NCBI RefSeq assembly: GCF_001194135.2
Contig: NC_068984.1
Location: 43,813,731 to 43,877,730 of the forward strand
Direction of reading: 5' to 3'
Source: Octopus bimaculoides
Lineage: Eukaryota
Length of the DNA: 64,000 bases
Position numbers and translations under genes: made by a program. Under the pieces are notes generated by a model. It did not search any database, had not been told where the DNA came from, and was given only the letters and a program-made list of their open reading frames with translations. This document shows positions 14,091 through 26,800 of this stretch, piece after piece; within the stretch, counting starts at the first letter, position 1, and each line of letters begins with the position of its first letter.

Positions 14091-14950
14091 TATGTCTAGA
14101 TGTACGTGTTGTATGTGTGTGCATGTGAGCGTTTAGCAATCAATTCAGGCAGTAAACGTAGTTTTACATCGCTTCAGTGCAGCTGGGATTGGTATAATAT
14201 AATATGGGAATGTTACTTTAGGTAGACTGACGTCGTCTCCTGGGGGAGAGATTTATCTTTCATCCGCTCAACACATATGAAATCCCGTACTAAGTACTGG
14301 CCCTTAAGAGCCCATTGAGGCTGCTTAAAGGCATTAATATTTTATCTGTTCAGCGATGTGTATGAAAATTGTTGTACATTCGCATATATTTGTATGTATG
14401 TGTATGTGTTTTTCTGCTAAGCGCCTTTTGTGTGTACATACAAATACGCACACATATTTACTCATACATATACGTTGGTATAATTGTACGCATATGTTTA
14501 TATTTCTCTATTCTTATTTCAATATATTGGGGCGTATGTTAATGTGTACTTGCATATATTATGTCAAGTCGCTATAGATATGTATGTAAATTTGTTTAAA
14601 TATGTATAAATGGATATGGGTGAATGTAAATTCGTGTATATGTAAATACATTTGTGTGTATACATATTCAGCTCCCCGTACTTCAATGTTTGGTGGATTT
14701 GTGATGTATAAAGTGTGTACCTGCGCCTGTAGCGATGTGTGCTTAGAGTTCTGCACCACGTGCGTATATGAGAGTTTGAATATAGCTGTACTTTTCATTA
14801 ATAAATGAGTGAAGATTTGTAAGAATATAAATACATACACGCGCAGCACACGCACACACACACACATATACGCATTTCATTTTTGTATTTGGCGTAAAGA
14901 CTCTCGCAAGACAACGTCGACAACAACAACAACAACACCCATACACATCA

Positions 14951-15316
14951 TTCCCACAAGACATGAGAGAATGTAACATTGCCACCCTATATAAGAACAA
15001 AGGGGGCAAAAGAGACTGCAACAATTACCAAGGCATCTGGCTGTTAAGCATGGATGGGAAGGTCTTTGCCCGCATGGTCCTAAACAGACTACAGAAAATC
15101 GCTGAAAGGGTATACCCCGAATCTCAATGCGGTTTCAGATCAGACACGATCTTCTCTCTTCGACAGCTACAGGCGAAGTACCGAGAGCAAAGTCAACCAC
15201 TCTTTATCACCTTCATCGACCTCACAAGGGCTTTAGACTTAATCAGTAGAGACGGCCTGTTCAAAATTTAAGATTGGCTGTCCTCCAAGACTCCTCAGGA
15301 TTGTTCAGTCATTTCA
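14951..15316 (+). mobile_element. RTE-clade (BovB-like) LINE reverse-transcriptase fragment
   Basis: PQDMRECNIATLYKNKGGKRDCNNYQGIWLLSMDGKVFARMVLNRLQKIAERVYPESQCGFRS..IFSLRQLQAKYREQSQPLFITFIDLTRALDLISRDGLFKI, then a frameshift to KIGCPPRLLRIVQSF. This is the RTE RT N-terminal region, truncated at both ends with a short deletion after GFRS. Confidence 0.9.
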
Positions 15317-15347
15317 AGCGGTGGAGTAGGGACAAACACAGACATAA

Positions 15348-15431
<84 letters not shown>

Positions 15432-15464
15432 GCACACACACAAACACAGACACACACACATATA

Positions 15465-15630
15465 CACAGCGGTCTTCTTTTATTTCCCGTCTAAAAAATT
15501 TACTCATAAGGCTTTAGTCGGCCTGTTGGCCTGAGATTATTTGAGTAGACTCCTTCTCAAAGTGCCACGCAGCGAGACTGAAGCCGGAACCATACCGTTG
15601 GGCATCAAGTTTCTTACCACACAGCAACGC
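15465..15630 (-). mobile_element. Family C SINE head, degenerate
   Basis: The segment ggctttagtcggcc..gtgccacgcagcgagactgaagccggaaccat..ttcttaccacacagc is the reverse complement of the head at 18439. Confidence 0.65.
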
Positions 15631-16356
15631 TGTGTATGTATATGTGTGTATATGTATAGATATAAAGGAATGAGTGTGTGCTTGTGTGCTCGGGTTGTGT
15701 ATATGTGTATGTATATGTATAAATGTAAAGGAACGTATGTGAGTGCGTGTGTGTGTAGATTCGTATTTATAGATATATCATTGTAAGAATATGCATATGC
15801 AGCCACACAAGTGCAACTTAGAGACGGCAATTTGTGGTTTGAGTTAGGAAATAGTTCAGGAGCATTAAACTGACAGTGATACGAGTACACGTGCATACTT
15901 CGCTTTATAATTGCATAAGAGTCAACCTCTGTGCTTGCTGCACCAGAGAGTATGATACTGTGCGAGAGAGTATGATAGCTAGGAGCTGCACATGCTATAG
16001 TTGAAGAGTATAAGAATTTGAGAGCTGACATGAAGTAGTAAATAAATGCTGGTCGCTGGAGAATATTGAAAAGATTTAAGCTGAAGTAACTGGGGATCAT
16101 GCTTGATGAATTCCATGTGAAAGAGATGTGAGTTGCAGGAAGTAAATTCTAGTAAGGTGGGAATATACTGTCTAGTTATCCGCCCTTAATTTCAGTTGGG
16201 GGTACGGTTTGGTAATTAAGAGTGCAAAGAAGCTGACTAGTAATTTTTGATAGTTCAAGCCGGGTGGAGACAGGTAAAACTTGTGAAAGTTTACGTTACA
16301 TGTATTTAATTTAATTTATAGTTCATATATTCAAATCTTGTAGTGAAATAGAAATA

Positions 16357-16391
<35 letters not shown>

Positions 16392-16852
16392 ATGAAATCG
16401 AAAATGGCTCGTTCTATACAAATATAAACATTATGATCTAATACATAGAATGAAGGAATTGCTAATAAATTTAGATAAGATCAAAGGTTGGTTATTTAAG
16501 AACACAAAGTAATGAAGAAGCGGGTATTTGAATACATATATGCAAAGCTATAGGCATAATCAATACACCGGCGTGATAGAGTGGTAAGTGTGGATCCTAT
16601 GTAACTATATACGGGCGATAATTATATATATTTAATTATATAATCGAGGGCGATTGGGACCACGTGGATGAGGAAGGCGTGATCCAGAGAGGAGTGGACA
16701 GCGTGCTGTGACCAGCGGTGTCAAATGGACGCCCGACGGACTGGTCGGTCATGATGGTATATATATGTATANNNNNNNNNNNNNNNNNNNNNNNNNNNNN
16801 NNNNNNNNNNNNNNNNNNNNNNNNNNNNNNNNNNNNNNNNNATATATATATG

Positions 16853-16892
<40 letters not shown>

Positions 16893-17337
16893 TATATGAG
16901 TGTGTATGTATATCCATATATATACACATACAGACACATATATATATGTGTGTATGTATACATATATATATGCATATGCACACACAGATATTACATGTGC
17001 GTGTGTTTATTTTTGAATGTTTATGTTATATATATAAGCATTCAAGTTGTGCATGAGCATTGGTCTGTTTTCAATTATAATGCAGTGTAAGTCGTATTCC
17101 TGTTTATGTTCCAGTTTAAATTGTACACCTCTCTATCTCTGTTTCTCTTTTACTCTCTCTCACACTCACACTTACGGAACACGTACATGCATAAACCCCC
17201 CTCTTTCTCTCTCGTTCACTTTTCCTCTTTAACTCTATTTCTGTTAACTTTTGTTCAGGATGTTTGATGATTTCTTTGATCTTGTAGAAATGCATTTCTT
17301 CATCAAATGTTTGCTGAATAATTATATTATAGCATAT

Positions 17338-17741
17338 TACAAATTTGTCAACGGAACGCCGATAAAACTAGATATTAAAAGTAATTTAGGAATTCGTGGA
17401 AAAAGAGAACTTGTAAAATAAGTGAAGTGAAAATAACACCGTTTGGAATCCAAACCAGGCTGAGAATTGAATCGCATGTGAACTACTTCAACTGATGCTT
17501 TATCATTGTTGTTTAATCTAAAATCAGCCCTGATCCAGTTTACTCAGTTGCCTTCTGGCTATGATCATCCTGTATTTTATGATTTTATGATTACGTAGAC
17601 GTTCAGCTAATATATTCTTTGATATTTTAAGATGGTACGAATTTGGGGAAATTTGACACCGTTTCTTGCATGTCAAGAAACAACGTAAGGTTTCACTTGA
17701 TTCGTCTAGTGGTCTTGTTCATTAGTAAGTAGATTTATAAT
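17338..17741 (+). repeat. Unclassified repeat, copy 2, with ~100 bp of family D-like sequence not present in copy 1
   Basis: Aligns to 11666-11962 except for ~17477-17570 (atcagccctgatcc..tatgatcatcc), which matches family D on the minus strand. Confidence 0.75.
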
Positions 17742-17873
17742 AGCTGGATGCCTTTCCTAACGCCAACCACTACAAGAGTGTAATGGGTGCATTTTTACGT
17801 GCCACCGGCACGCGAGCCAGTCAGGCGGCACTGGCATCAACCATGCTCGAAAGATGCTTTTTAAATTCCACAA
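17742..17873 (+). mobile_element. Family F dispersed retroposon fragment
   Basis: GC-richer block gctggatgcctttcctaacgccaacc..tttttacgtgccaccggcacg, recognised from memory as a common octopus-type interspersed repeat. It is single-copy in this window. Confidence 0.45.
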
Positions 17874-17878
17874 GCGGC

Positions 17879-17916
<38 letters not shown>

Positions 17917-17974
17917 TGTATATATTTTGCCACGTACTAATAAGCTGATATAGTTTGATCTGTTAAGCTTCCGA

Positions 17975-18235
17975 GCTTAAGTCGTTAACACTACGGATAA
18001 AATGCTTAAAGGCGTTTCGTCCGTTTTCACCTTTTGTGTTCAAATTCTGCCGAGGTCGACTTCGCCTTTCATCCTTTCGTGATCGAACAAATAAGTACCA
18101 GTTGAATACTGGGGTTCATGTAATCGACATATCCCCGAAATTGCTGGCCAGGTGTCAAAATTTGAAATCAATACTTTTGACCCTCAATGGACGAAAAACA
18201 AAGTCAACCAGAGCCGTATTTGAGTTCAATATTGT
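17975..18235 (+). mobile_element. Family A SINE (+) followed by a short inverted family A fragment
   Basis: aaattctgccgaggtcgacttcgcctttcatcctttcg..ataagtaccagttg (17975-18175), then tttgaccctcaatggacgaaaaacaaagtcaacc..tttgagttca (18175-18235, minus orientation). Confidence 0.7.
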
Positions 18236-18438
18236 CAAATATAGAAAAAGTTGTGACAACTTCACACATGTAAAATTCGACTCCTTATACTTACTACCAA
18301 AATAGATATAAAAAGGTATTGCAATGCAATGTAGGAAGATAGACATCTGGTGTCGGATTCTCCATATCAGGTTCACCATAGCCAGTTCACTTTTTCACTG
18401 GGAAATTAAATTTCATTTTTATTCCACAAATAATGTTA

Positions 18439-18918
18439 AGGCGCAGGAGTGCCTGTGTGGTAAGTAGCTTGCTTACCAGCCACATGGTTCCGGGTTCATT
18501 CCCACTGCGTGGCACCTTGGGCAAGTGTCTTCTACTATAGCCTCAGGCTGACCAAAGCCTTGTGAGTGGATTTGGTAGACGGAAACTGAAGGAAACCCGT
18601 CGTATATATATGTATATATATNNNNNNNNNNNNNNNNNNNNNNNNNNNNNNNNNNNNNNNNNNNNNNNNNNNNNNNNNNNNNNNNNNNNNNNNNNNNNNN
18701 TATGTATGTATGTATGTATGTGTGTGTATATGTTTGTCTCCTCACATCGCTTGACAACCGATGCTGGTGTGTTTACGTCCCTGTAACCTAGCGGTTCGGC
18801 AAAAGTGTCCGATAGAATAAGTACTAGGCTTCCAAAGAATAAGTCTTGGGGGCGATTTGCTCGACTAAAGGCGGTGTTCCAGCATGGCCGCAGTCAAATG
18901 ACTGAAACAAGTAAAGAG
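18439..18918 (+). mobile_element. Family C SINE, full length, with central (TA)/(TATG) microsatellite and an N gap
   Basis: tRNA-like head aggcgcaggagtgcctgtgtggtaag..ccgggttcattccc, a central simple repeat, and tail gcttgacaaccgatgctgg..gcatggccgcagtcaaatgactgaaacaagtaaa. Confidence 0.85.
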
Positions 18919-19294
18919 TATCTACGAAAAAAAAAAAAAGGAACCTTTATTTTCTGCTAATCATGCTATCTCAATTAAAATTGATACATCTCAAAAGAAA
19001 ATAATTAGGGACATGACATACCTAGACAAAATATAAAGTGGTATATAAAACTGCTTTCCACAATAAGATGTTTTGAAATTTTGTGTGGATATAAAAGGGT
19101 TACTTCAAGTTAGTAGAAAAAGACATAAACGAGAACGTTTACTTCCACCAGCACAGGACTGATAACAGAGCATGAACGGAGACCGTTTGAATAAAAGACA
19201 ACGTATTCACTTGGTAAGCTGCGTCACTTAATGTAAAAATGGAACCTAGAAATGTTGTTTGCGAGATGCTATGTCATCGCTTAATTACAAAAAA

Positions 19295-19450
19295 AAAAAA
19301 AGATAGCAACCAATTATCCCTCAAATCCTCTCCTACTCGCTTTACATTAGATACTATTACTTTTAAGAACACAAGATAATCATTGATGGGGTTTCTCTGA
19401 TTGCAATCCTTTATCAGGATTGACTTGGGGCTAAACAACAGCAACAAACT
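19295..19450 (+). mobile_element. Family D module, degenerate
   Basis: gatagcaaccaattatccctcaaatc..gacttggggctaaacaacagcaac, homologous to 1290-1505. Confidence 0.5.
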
Positions 19451-19777
19451 GACCGTTATAATTATTTTGCATCAATTTCAGCCATTTTGTTTTTTCATAG
19501 CCTTCATCATCATAAACATGTTGACGGTCATATTTCTCAAACTTTTTGAGCAGCATTTTTCGAATCTAAATGGGCAATAATATCATTTGAAAGCCAATCG
19601 TTAGTACAATAATCCTTTTACTAATCATATTTGTCACAGAGTAACGTTTCGTCAGATAAATATGATAAAAACATTAGAAGTACGAAGTATCAACTTCGAG
19701 ACACTCGTATCCAATTCAGTAATATAGAAACATTAGCTCCATCAGAGTAGATGCAAAGCTCTCTCTCACTCGCTCTC

Positions 19778-19856
<79 letters not shown>

Positions 19857-21796
19857 ATTCATACATACATACATACATATATATGCGTCTGTTTGTGCGC
19901 GTGCACACACACAATAAGTGAAGCATAATGGAGTTTAGGGAAGAGCCACATTAATTTCTTTACCAAGACTATTAACGGTGCAAGTGAAATGAATTAACCT
20001 CACTGGCAAACCGAAATTTAGTCACGATGTTTGCATATACAATACAATACTTGCCATAAGCAGTGATGACCCTATGATAATATTTTTCTTTCATTTTCTT
20101 TTGGTTTGTTTTTATGGTTTCTTTTCTATCCCTTACATACTGATACATACACACACATGTATGCAAACACACACACACACACATACGCCCGTGCGCACAC
20201 ATATACGTGTATACGTATGTGTGGTTGGGTGGGTATGTATTGATTAATCCAATTTTTTTTTTTACGAAATCCTCACGTATTACAACCAAATTGAGTTCAA
20301 TGTTTACATTAGCATACTTACAACAAAAAAGAAAAACCAAAACCAAAAAAAAAAATAAAAATAAAAATTTACATACAGAAAAGCAAATCGGCACTTAATT
20401 TCTAACGTTATCACTTCCCGTAGCAAAGACAAGAAAAATAAAGCATGAAAAAAAAAGAAGAAAGAAAAAAACCACACCATCGTACGAAAAAATATACACT
20501 ACATCCATGCACACAGAACTATACTTCTATATCCTTATGTATGAAAGTAGTTTGGTAGATCCGTATGCATGTACAAGTATATGTATAACGATACACACAC
20601 ACATACATTCTTATACACACACACACACATACACACACATGTATCATATGTATGCATGTATGTTATGTATGAATGTGGAACCAACATAAGCAAATATTTT
20701 ATGTTGTTTTTGAGTCTTCATATTTCAGCTAGTGCTTCGTTTAAGAGTGATCTGAAATTAATAGTATTGCCGAAAATAACTCGGTATTACTCAACTGCCT
20801 ACAGAATTTTTCAAATTTTACTTCAACGAAACTTTTCTCTATCATCCTGAATAATATACTTTCTTACACGCCTAGCAGCACCTTACAAGCATATATATAT
20901 ATATATATGTATATATATATNNNNNNNNNNNNNNNNNNNNNNNNNNNNNNNNNNNNNNNNNNNNNNNNNNNNNNNNNNNNNNNNNNNNNNNNNNNNNNNN
21001 NNNNNNNNNNNNNNNNNNNNNNNNNNNNNNNNNNNNNNNNNNNNNNNNNNNNNNNNNNNNNNNNNNNNNNNNNNNNNNNNNNNNNNNNNNNNNNNNNNNN
21101 NNNNNNNNNNNNNNNNNNNNNNNNNNNNNNNNNNNNNNNNNNNNNNNNNNNNNNNNNNNNNNNNNNNNNNNNNNNNNNNNNNNNNNNNNNNNNNNNNNNN
21201 NNNNNNNNNNNNNNNNNNNNNNNNNNNNNNNNNNNNNNNNNNNNNNNNNNNNNNNNNNNNNNNNNNNNNNNNNNNNNNNNNNNNNNNNNNNNNNNNNNNN
21301 NNNNNNNNNNNNNNNNNNNNNNNNNNNNNNNNNNNNNNNNNNNNNNNNNNNNNNNNNNNNNNNNNNNNNNNNNNNNNNNNNNNNNNNNNNNNNNNNNNNN
21401 NNNNNNNNNNNNNNNNNNNNNNNNNNNNNNNNNNNNNNNNNNNNNNNNNNNNNNNNNNNNNNNNNNNNNNNNNNNNNNNNNNNNNNNNNNNNNNNNNNNN
21501 NNNNNNNNNNNNNNNNNNNNNNNNNNNNNNNNNNNNNNNNNNNNNNNNNNNNNNNNNNNNNNNNNNNATATATATATATATATATAAAATATTAAAAATA
21601 CACATTAAGTACAGAACATCACCAGCGGGTGAAAAACACAACAGATAAGTACAAAAAAAAAGATAAGCAATAAATACTAGGAAGTGAAAATACATAAACA
21701 AATAGAGAGAAGTACAGGACGAAATACCAAAGAAAGTCTAACGCCTCCTCAGTTGTCGACTTTTTATTACTATCTGTTTCGAGCTTATATATATAG

Positions 21797-21931
21797 GAGT
21801 TGCTTCCCAACTACATCGTTCCGGGTTCAGTCCCACTGCGGGGCACCTTGGGCAAGTGTCATCTACTATAATTTCAGCCGATCAAAGCCCTGTGAGTAGA
21901 TTTAGCGGACTGAAACTGATAGAAACCTGTC

Positions 21932-21962
<31 letters not shown>

Positions 21963-22190
21963 TGTATGTATGTGGGTGTATATATATATATATATATGTA
22001 TTTGTGTGTCGGTGTTTGTCTCCCTCCCAGCACTTGGCAACCGATGTCGGTGTGTTTACGTCCTAGTAAATTAGCGGTTCATGAAAAGAGACCGACAGAA
22101 TAAGTCCTGGGGTGGATTTGTTCGACTAAATGTGGTGCTGCGGCATGGCCGCAGTCAAATGACTAAAACAAGTAAAAAAAATAAAAGAAT
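21797..22190 (+). mobile_element. Family C SINE, near full length, with central (TATG)n
   Basis: Collinear with 18439-18918. Confidence 0.85.
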
Positions 22191-22540
22191 ATATATATAT
22201 ATATAGAGTTATTAATATTTCTAAGTCTCTCTAAAGGAGACTACGGCAGCGGTACTGGAAATTAATAGTTATCGCCAAGCCAACATGGCAGTCCCAAAAT
22301 NNNNNNNNNNNNNNNNNNNNNNNNNNNNNNNNNNNNNNNNNNNNNNNNNNNNNNNNNNNNNNNNNNNNNNNNNNNNNNNNNNNNNNNNNNNNNNNNNNNN
22401 NNNNNNNNNNNNNNNNNNNNNNNNNNNNNNNNNNNNNNNNNNNNNNNNNNNNNNNNNNNNNNNNNNNNNNNNNNNNNNNNNNNNNNNNNNNNNNNNNNNN
22501 NNNNNNNNNNNNNNNNNNNNNNNNNNNNNNNNNNNNNNNN

Positions 22541-22575
<35 letters not shown>

Positions 22576-22753
22576 GACATAAGGCAGTCTTCTGGACAAT
22601 TTCAATCGATCAAATTCAGCTCACAGGTCGTTGGTTATTTCGAATAATTGGTTGAAAATGCCAAGCCATGAGACCAAAACTTGAAGCAGATGATTTCTCA
22701 GGGAACTTCTAAACCACAAAGCTTCATTGTTATCAATAGGAAACGAAATATTA

Positions 22754-22961
22754 GTTTCAAAGTTTGGCAGCAATTGCAAGGGTGCAGGGTAAGTCGATTA
22801 CATCGACCCCAGTGCTCGACTGGTACTTATTTTATCGACCTCGAAAGGACAACCACCAAAGGCAATCTCGGCGGAATTTGAACTCAGAATGTAAAGACGG
22901 TTGAAATGCCGCTAAACATTTTCTCCATCAGGCTAATAATTCTGCCAGTTCGCTGCCTTAT
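22754..22961 (-). mobile_element. Family A SINE, full length, with 17-bp TSD
   Basis: The exact direct repeat TAGGAAACGAAATATTA flanks the copy at 22737-22753 and 22962-22978. Confidence 0.9.
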
Positions 22962-23027
22962 TAGGAAACGAAATATTAAAAGTATATTAGGTATACGATA
23001 CTGTGCTATTATTTTTTTAATTCTTCT

Positions 23028-23285
23028 AGGTGCAGGCATGGATATCTAGTTACAAAGCTCGTGAGCAAGTGACTTCTACGATAGTTCCGTGCCGACCAAC
23101 ACCTTGTAAGTGAATTTGGTAGACAGAAATTCTATGTAAGCCTGTCATATATAACCATATATACACACACAAACACACACACACACGTGTGTGTGTGTGT
23201 GTGTATTTATCACCCGCCGCCACTTGACAACTGATGCTGGTTTGTTTAGTAATTTCTTAGTTCAGCAGTAGAGTCCGATAGGATA
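23028..23285 (+). mobile_element. Family C SINE, degenerate and internally deleted
   Basis: aggtgcaggcatgg..ccttgtaagtgaatttggtagacagaaa..(CA)(TG)..acttgacaactgatgctgg. Confidence 0.6.
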
Positions 23286-23848
23286 ACACCCACACTTGAA
23301 AATATTTAAAGACGGTGGGCGCAACCGAATGCTAAGACTAGTAGAAGATAAAACACAATTTTGTGACTAGCTACAAAGTTCAGCATTCCGGAAAATGGTG
23401 TAGGGTTAAATATGACGTCGATTCCTTTTTCTATTTGCATCCGGAAGTATAAATATAGAGAAGGGATTCTACCTAGAAAATGTATACTTTTGAGACCCTC
23501 ACCGAGTTACTATAAATATAAATATAAAACAGAAGTGTAATCGAATTTCTCAACCCTCTACCGTTACATTATTTTAGTATCTTGTTATTTATCTAACTGG
23601 AATTGAAATTAGTAATATGGTACACGCATCAATAGAAAGTGACGGCTGTTTTAAGTGGGTCCCACACACGGAGACAAAACTAAATCACTTCCTTAATTTG
23701 CGTGTTCAGTACCTCAAAACAATCTTTATATAGCCGACAAATTGTGCACGAACATTCATCCATACATCTATGCATACATATCCCATATGCATACACACAC
23801 TCACATATAAACGTATAGCAATATACACTTATGTAAATAAATCTATCT

Positions 23849-23879
<31 letters not shown>

Positions 23880-25040
23880 NNNNNNNNNNNNNNNNNNNNN
23901 NNNNNNNNNNNNNNNNNNNNNNNNNNNNNNNNNNNNNNNNNNNNNNNNNNNNNNNNNNNNNNNNNNNNNNNNNNNNNNNNNNNNNNNNNNNNNNNNNNNN
24001 NNNNNNNNNNNNNNNNNNNNNNNNNNNNNNNNNNNNNNNNNNNNNNNNNNNNNNNNNNNNNNNNNNNNNNNNNNNNNNNNNNNNNNNNNNNNNNNNNNNN
24101 NNNNNNNNNNNNNNNNNNNNNNNNNNNNNNNNNNNNNNNNNNNNNNNNNNNNNNNNNNNNNNNNNNNNNNNNNNNNNNNNNNNNNNNNNNNNNNNNNNNN
24201 NNNNNNNNNNNNNNNNNNNNNNNNNNNNNNNNNNNNNNNNNNNNNNNNNNNNNNNNNNNNNNNNNNNNNNNNNNNNNNNNNNNNNNNNNNNNNNNNNNNN
24301 NNNNNNNNNNNNNNNNNNNNNNNNNNNNNNNNNNNNNNNNNNNNNNNNNNNNNNNNNNNNNNNNNNNNNNNNNNNNNNNNNNNNNNNNNNNNNNNNNNNN
24401 NNNNNNNNNNNNNNNNNNNNNNNNNNNNNNNNNATATATATGTATGTATGTATATATTAGATACTGAGCAAAAGAAAGAAAAACAGAGACAAAAAGGAGG
24501 GACAAGTCTCAATAGAGGTGTTATGAGTTTAATGATTAAATGGGAGAGATACATGTAGACACACCATAAAGGAAGAAAAATGCTGATAAAATGACGTCAC
24601 TAGTTTTTAGTGTCGTGACACATTGGGTGACAAATCTCTTTAACAAATCATTTTGCTTATTCTCTTGGATATTGCCATATACAAAGTTCATCGCAGAAAT
24701 TACACTTCCTAAACCATTCAGATATTCACTCGTTAGGAACCTCTAGGGAAATAATTTCGTTGGCTGAAAAAAGCATGACGTTCTTCTGTCCTTTGTGATT
24801 AGGAAATGTCACTTATCACTTGAGTAATTTGATTGATTGATTAAGTGATTGATGGACTGGTTGATTTATTGACCCAGTGATGATTGCAGGGCACTTTAAA
24901 TACGAATTGCTAACGAATGGAACAAGAGCTTCATTCTCACAAAGCTTTCCTTTTTCATTGGAATTCAACACATATCAGCAGAATATAAACGTATGTATGC
25001 ATTCATTTTGTATGTATATATGTATGTATATACACATATT

Positions 25041-25260
25041 CTTTTATTCTTTTCTATTACTTATTTAAGTCATTTGAATGCGGCCATGCTGGAGCACCAC
25101 CTTGAAGGGTTTTAGTGGAACAAATCGGTACCAGGAATTATTTAAGCTTACTATTTATTCTATCTTTTGCCGAAACGCTAATTACGGGGACGTAAACACA
25201 CCAACACCCGTTGTCAAGCGGTGATGAGGAAAGCGCAAGACACAGACACACACACGCACA
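25041..25260 (-). mobile_element. Family C SINE 3' half
   Basis: cagtcatttg-like tail, gcggccatgctggagcacc..ggggacgtaaacacaccaac..ttgtcaagcg; this is the reverse complement of the family C tail. Confidence 0.8.
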
Positions 25261-25267
25261 TATGTAT

Positions 25268-25607
25268 AGCCGCAGGAGTGGCTGCGTAGCAAGAAGCTTG
25301 CTTTATAACCACATGATTCCGGGTTCAGTCTGAGTGCGTGGCACCTTGGGAAAGTGTCTTCTACTATAGCCTTGGGCCGACCGAAGGAAGACTTGAGAGT
25401 GGATTTGGTAGGCGGAAGAATTCCGTCGTTTGTGTGGCTGTGCTTGTGTTCCCTCGCCATCGCTTGACAACTGAGCGGTTCGGCAAAAGGCGCCGATAAA
25501 ATAAGTACTAGGCTTACAAAGAATAAATCCTGAAGTCGATCTGTTCGAGTAAAGGCGGTGCTTCAGCTTGGTCGCAGTCAAATGACTGTAACAAGTAAAA
25601 AGAAAAG
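25268..25607 (+). mobile_element. Family C SINE with a very short central repeat and a deletion in the tail
   Basis: cgcaggagtggctgcgtag..gcgtggcaccttggg..gcttgacaactg/agcggttcggcaaaa..cgcagtcaaatgactgtaacaagtaaaa. Confidence 0.8.
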
Positions 25608-26510
25608 TATGTATATGTGAATGTTTGTATGTTCGTATGTATGTTCTGGCATTACTATTTTTTTGCCATTCGATTAAAAGCTGGTCTCCAACCTAAACAA
25701 ATTAGGCTTTTTCCTTGGAAATAAAAGAAACGATAACTTGTCACCCTCACTCACTCACAAACACACATACACACACACTCATACACATACACACACACAC
25801 ACACACACTGATGCACATACACAAACACACTCATACACAACCAACAACCGGCCACACAAATATATACAGTTTATTTTAACTGAATATTTATTTCGCTAGC
25901 TGACACATGAAAAGACACTTGCAGAAGTAACCAGAATGTCGTGAGTGTGAAGAAAAGTTCTTAGCCATTCACGTTTGCTGAGTTCGCAAAACCGACATTT
26001 ACCATTATAAAATAGCTTCTTTTGTATTTAAATGTTAGTGCCAGAAACATAAGCTCACATCTTCTTTAGCCTTCACAAAGGCATTCTGTCATTCGTTCAC
26101 CTACCACACTCAACCACGCGGTATGTTTTTCATATCGAAAATATTTTATCTTTAGAGTAACTACAAGGCTGATGAATACGACAAACTTTCTGAAAGTAGC
26201 AGCAAGTAAAAGCAACAAACAAGAAAAAGACGAAAAAAGCATTAAACCTATTTTGTTTTACTTACTGATGTGAAATATCAGGAAACTTATTTTCTGGGTA
26301 AAATCCTGAAATTCTCTACAAAATCCCTCTTAATCTGAAAAGACAAACAAAAATAAAGAAATATATTAAACAATTTGTCATTAAATTCAAATAATTAAAT
26401 ATAATTACTGATTTTGAAATAAAATGATACAGTTATTAATTTTTTCCATAGTTCCTCAACCAAAGTTTACAGGTATTAGAAATGAGACGAATGTGTTTTA
26501 CATTCCCCAT

Positions 26511-26800
26511 TGAGTTCTATATTTAAGAGATGAGGAATTATGTACATTATTTACATTATTTAGATTCGACGGATATTTGTCCTCATATTGTTTGTTGTTA
26601 ACACAACGATTCGGCTGATATACCCTCCAGCCTTCTTTAGGTGTCTTGGGGAAATTTCGAACATGGGTTCTCATTCCTAAGGTATTTTTCGATGTTATTA
26701 TTATTATTGTTGTTGTTGTTGTTCAGGTCACTGCTTGGAATCAAACTCGGAATCTTGGGGTTAGTAGTCCGCTCTCTTAACCACTACGCCATATGCCCGC
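26511..26800 (-). mobile_element. Family E tRNA-headed SINE-like element with internal (CAA)(TAA) repeat and a Penelope/hammerhead-like tail
   Basis: The minus strand reads GGCATATGGCGTAGTGGTTAAGAG (A box)..GAGTTTGATTCC (B box), then a triplet repeat, then CCTAAAGAAGGCTG-GAGGGTATAT-CAGCCGAATCGTTG. Confidence 0.7.
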
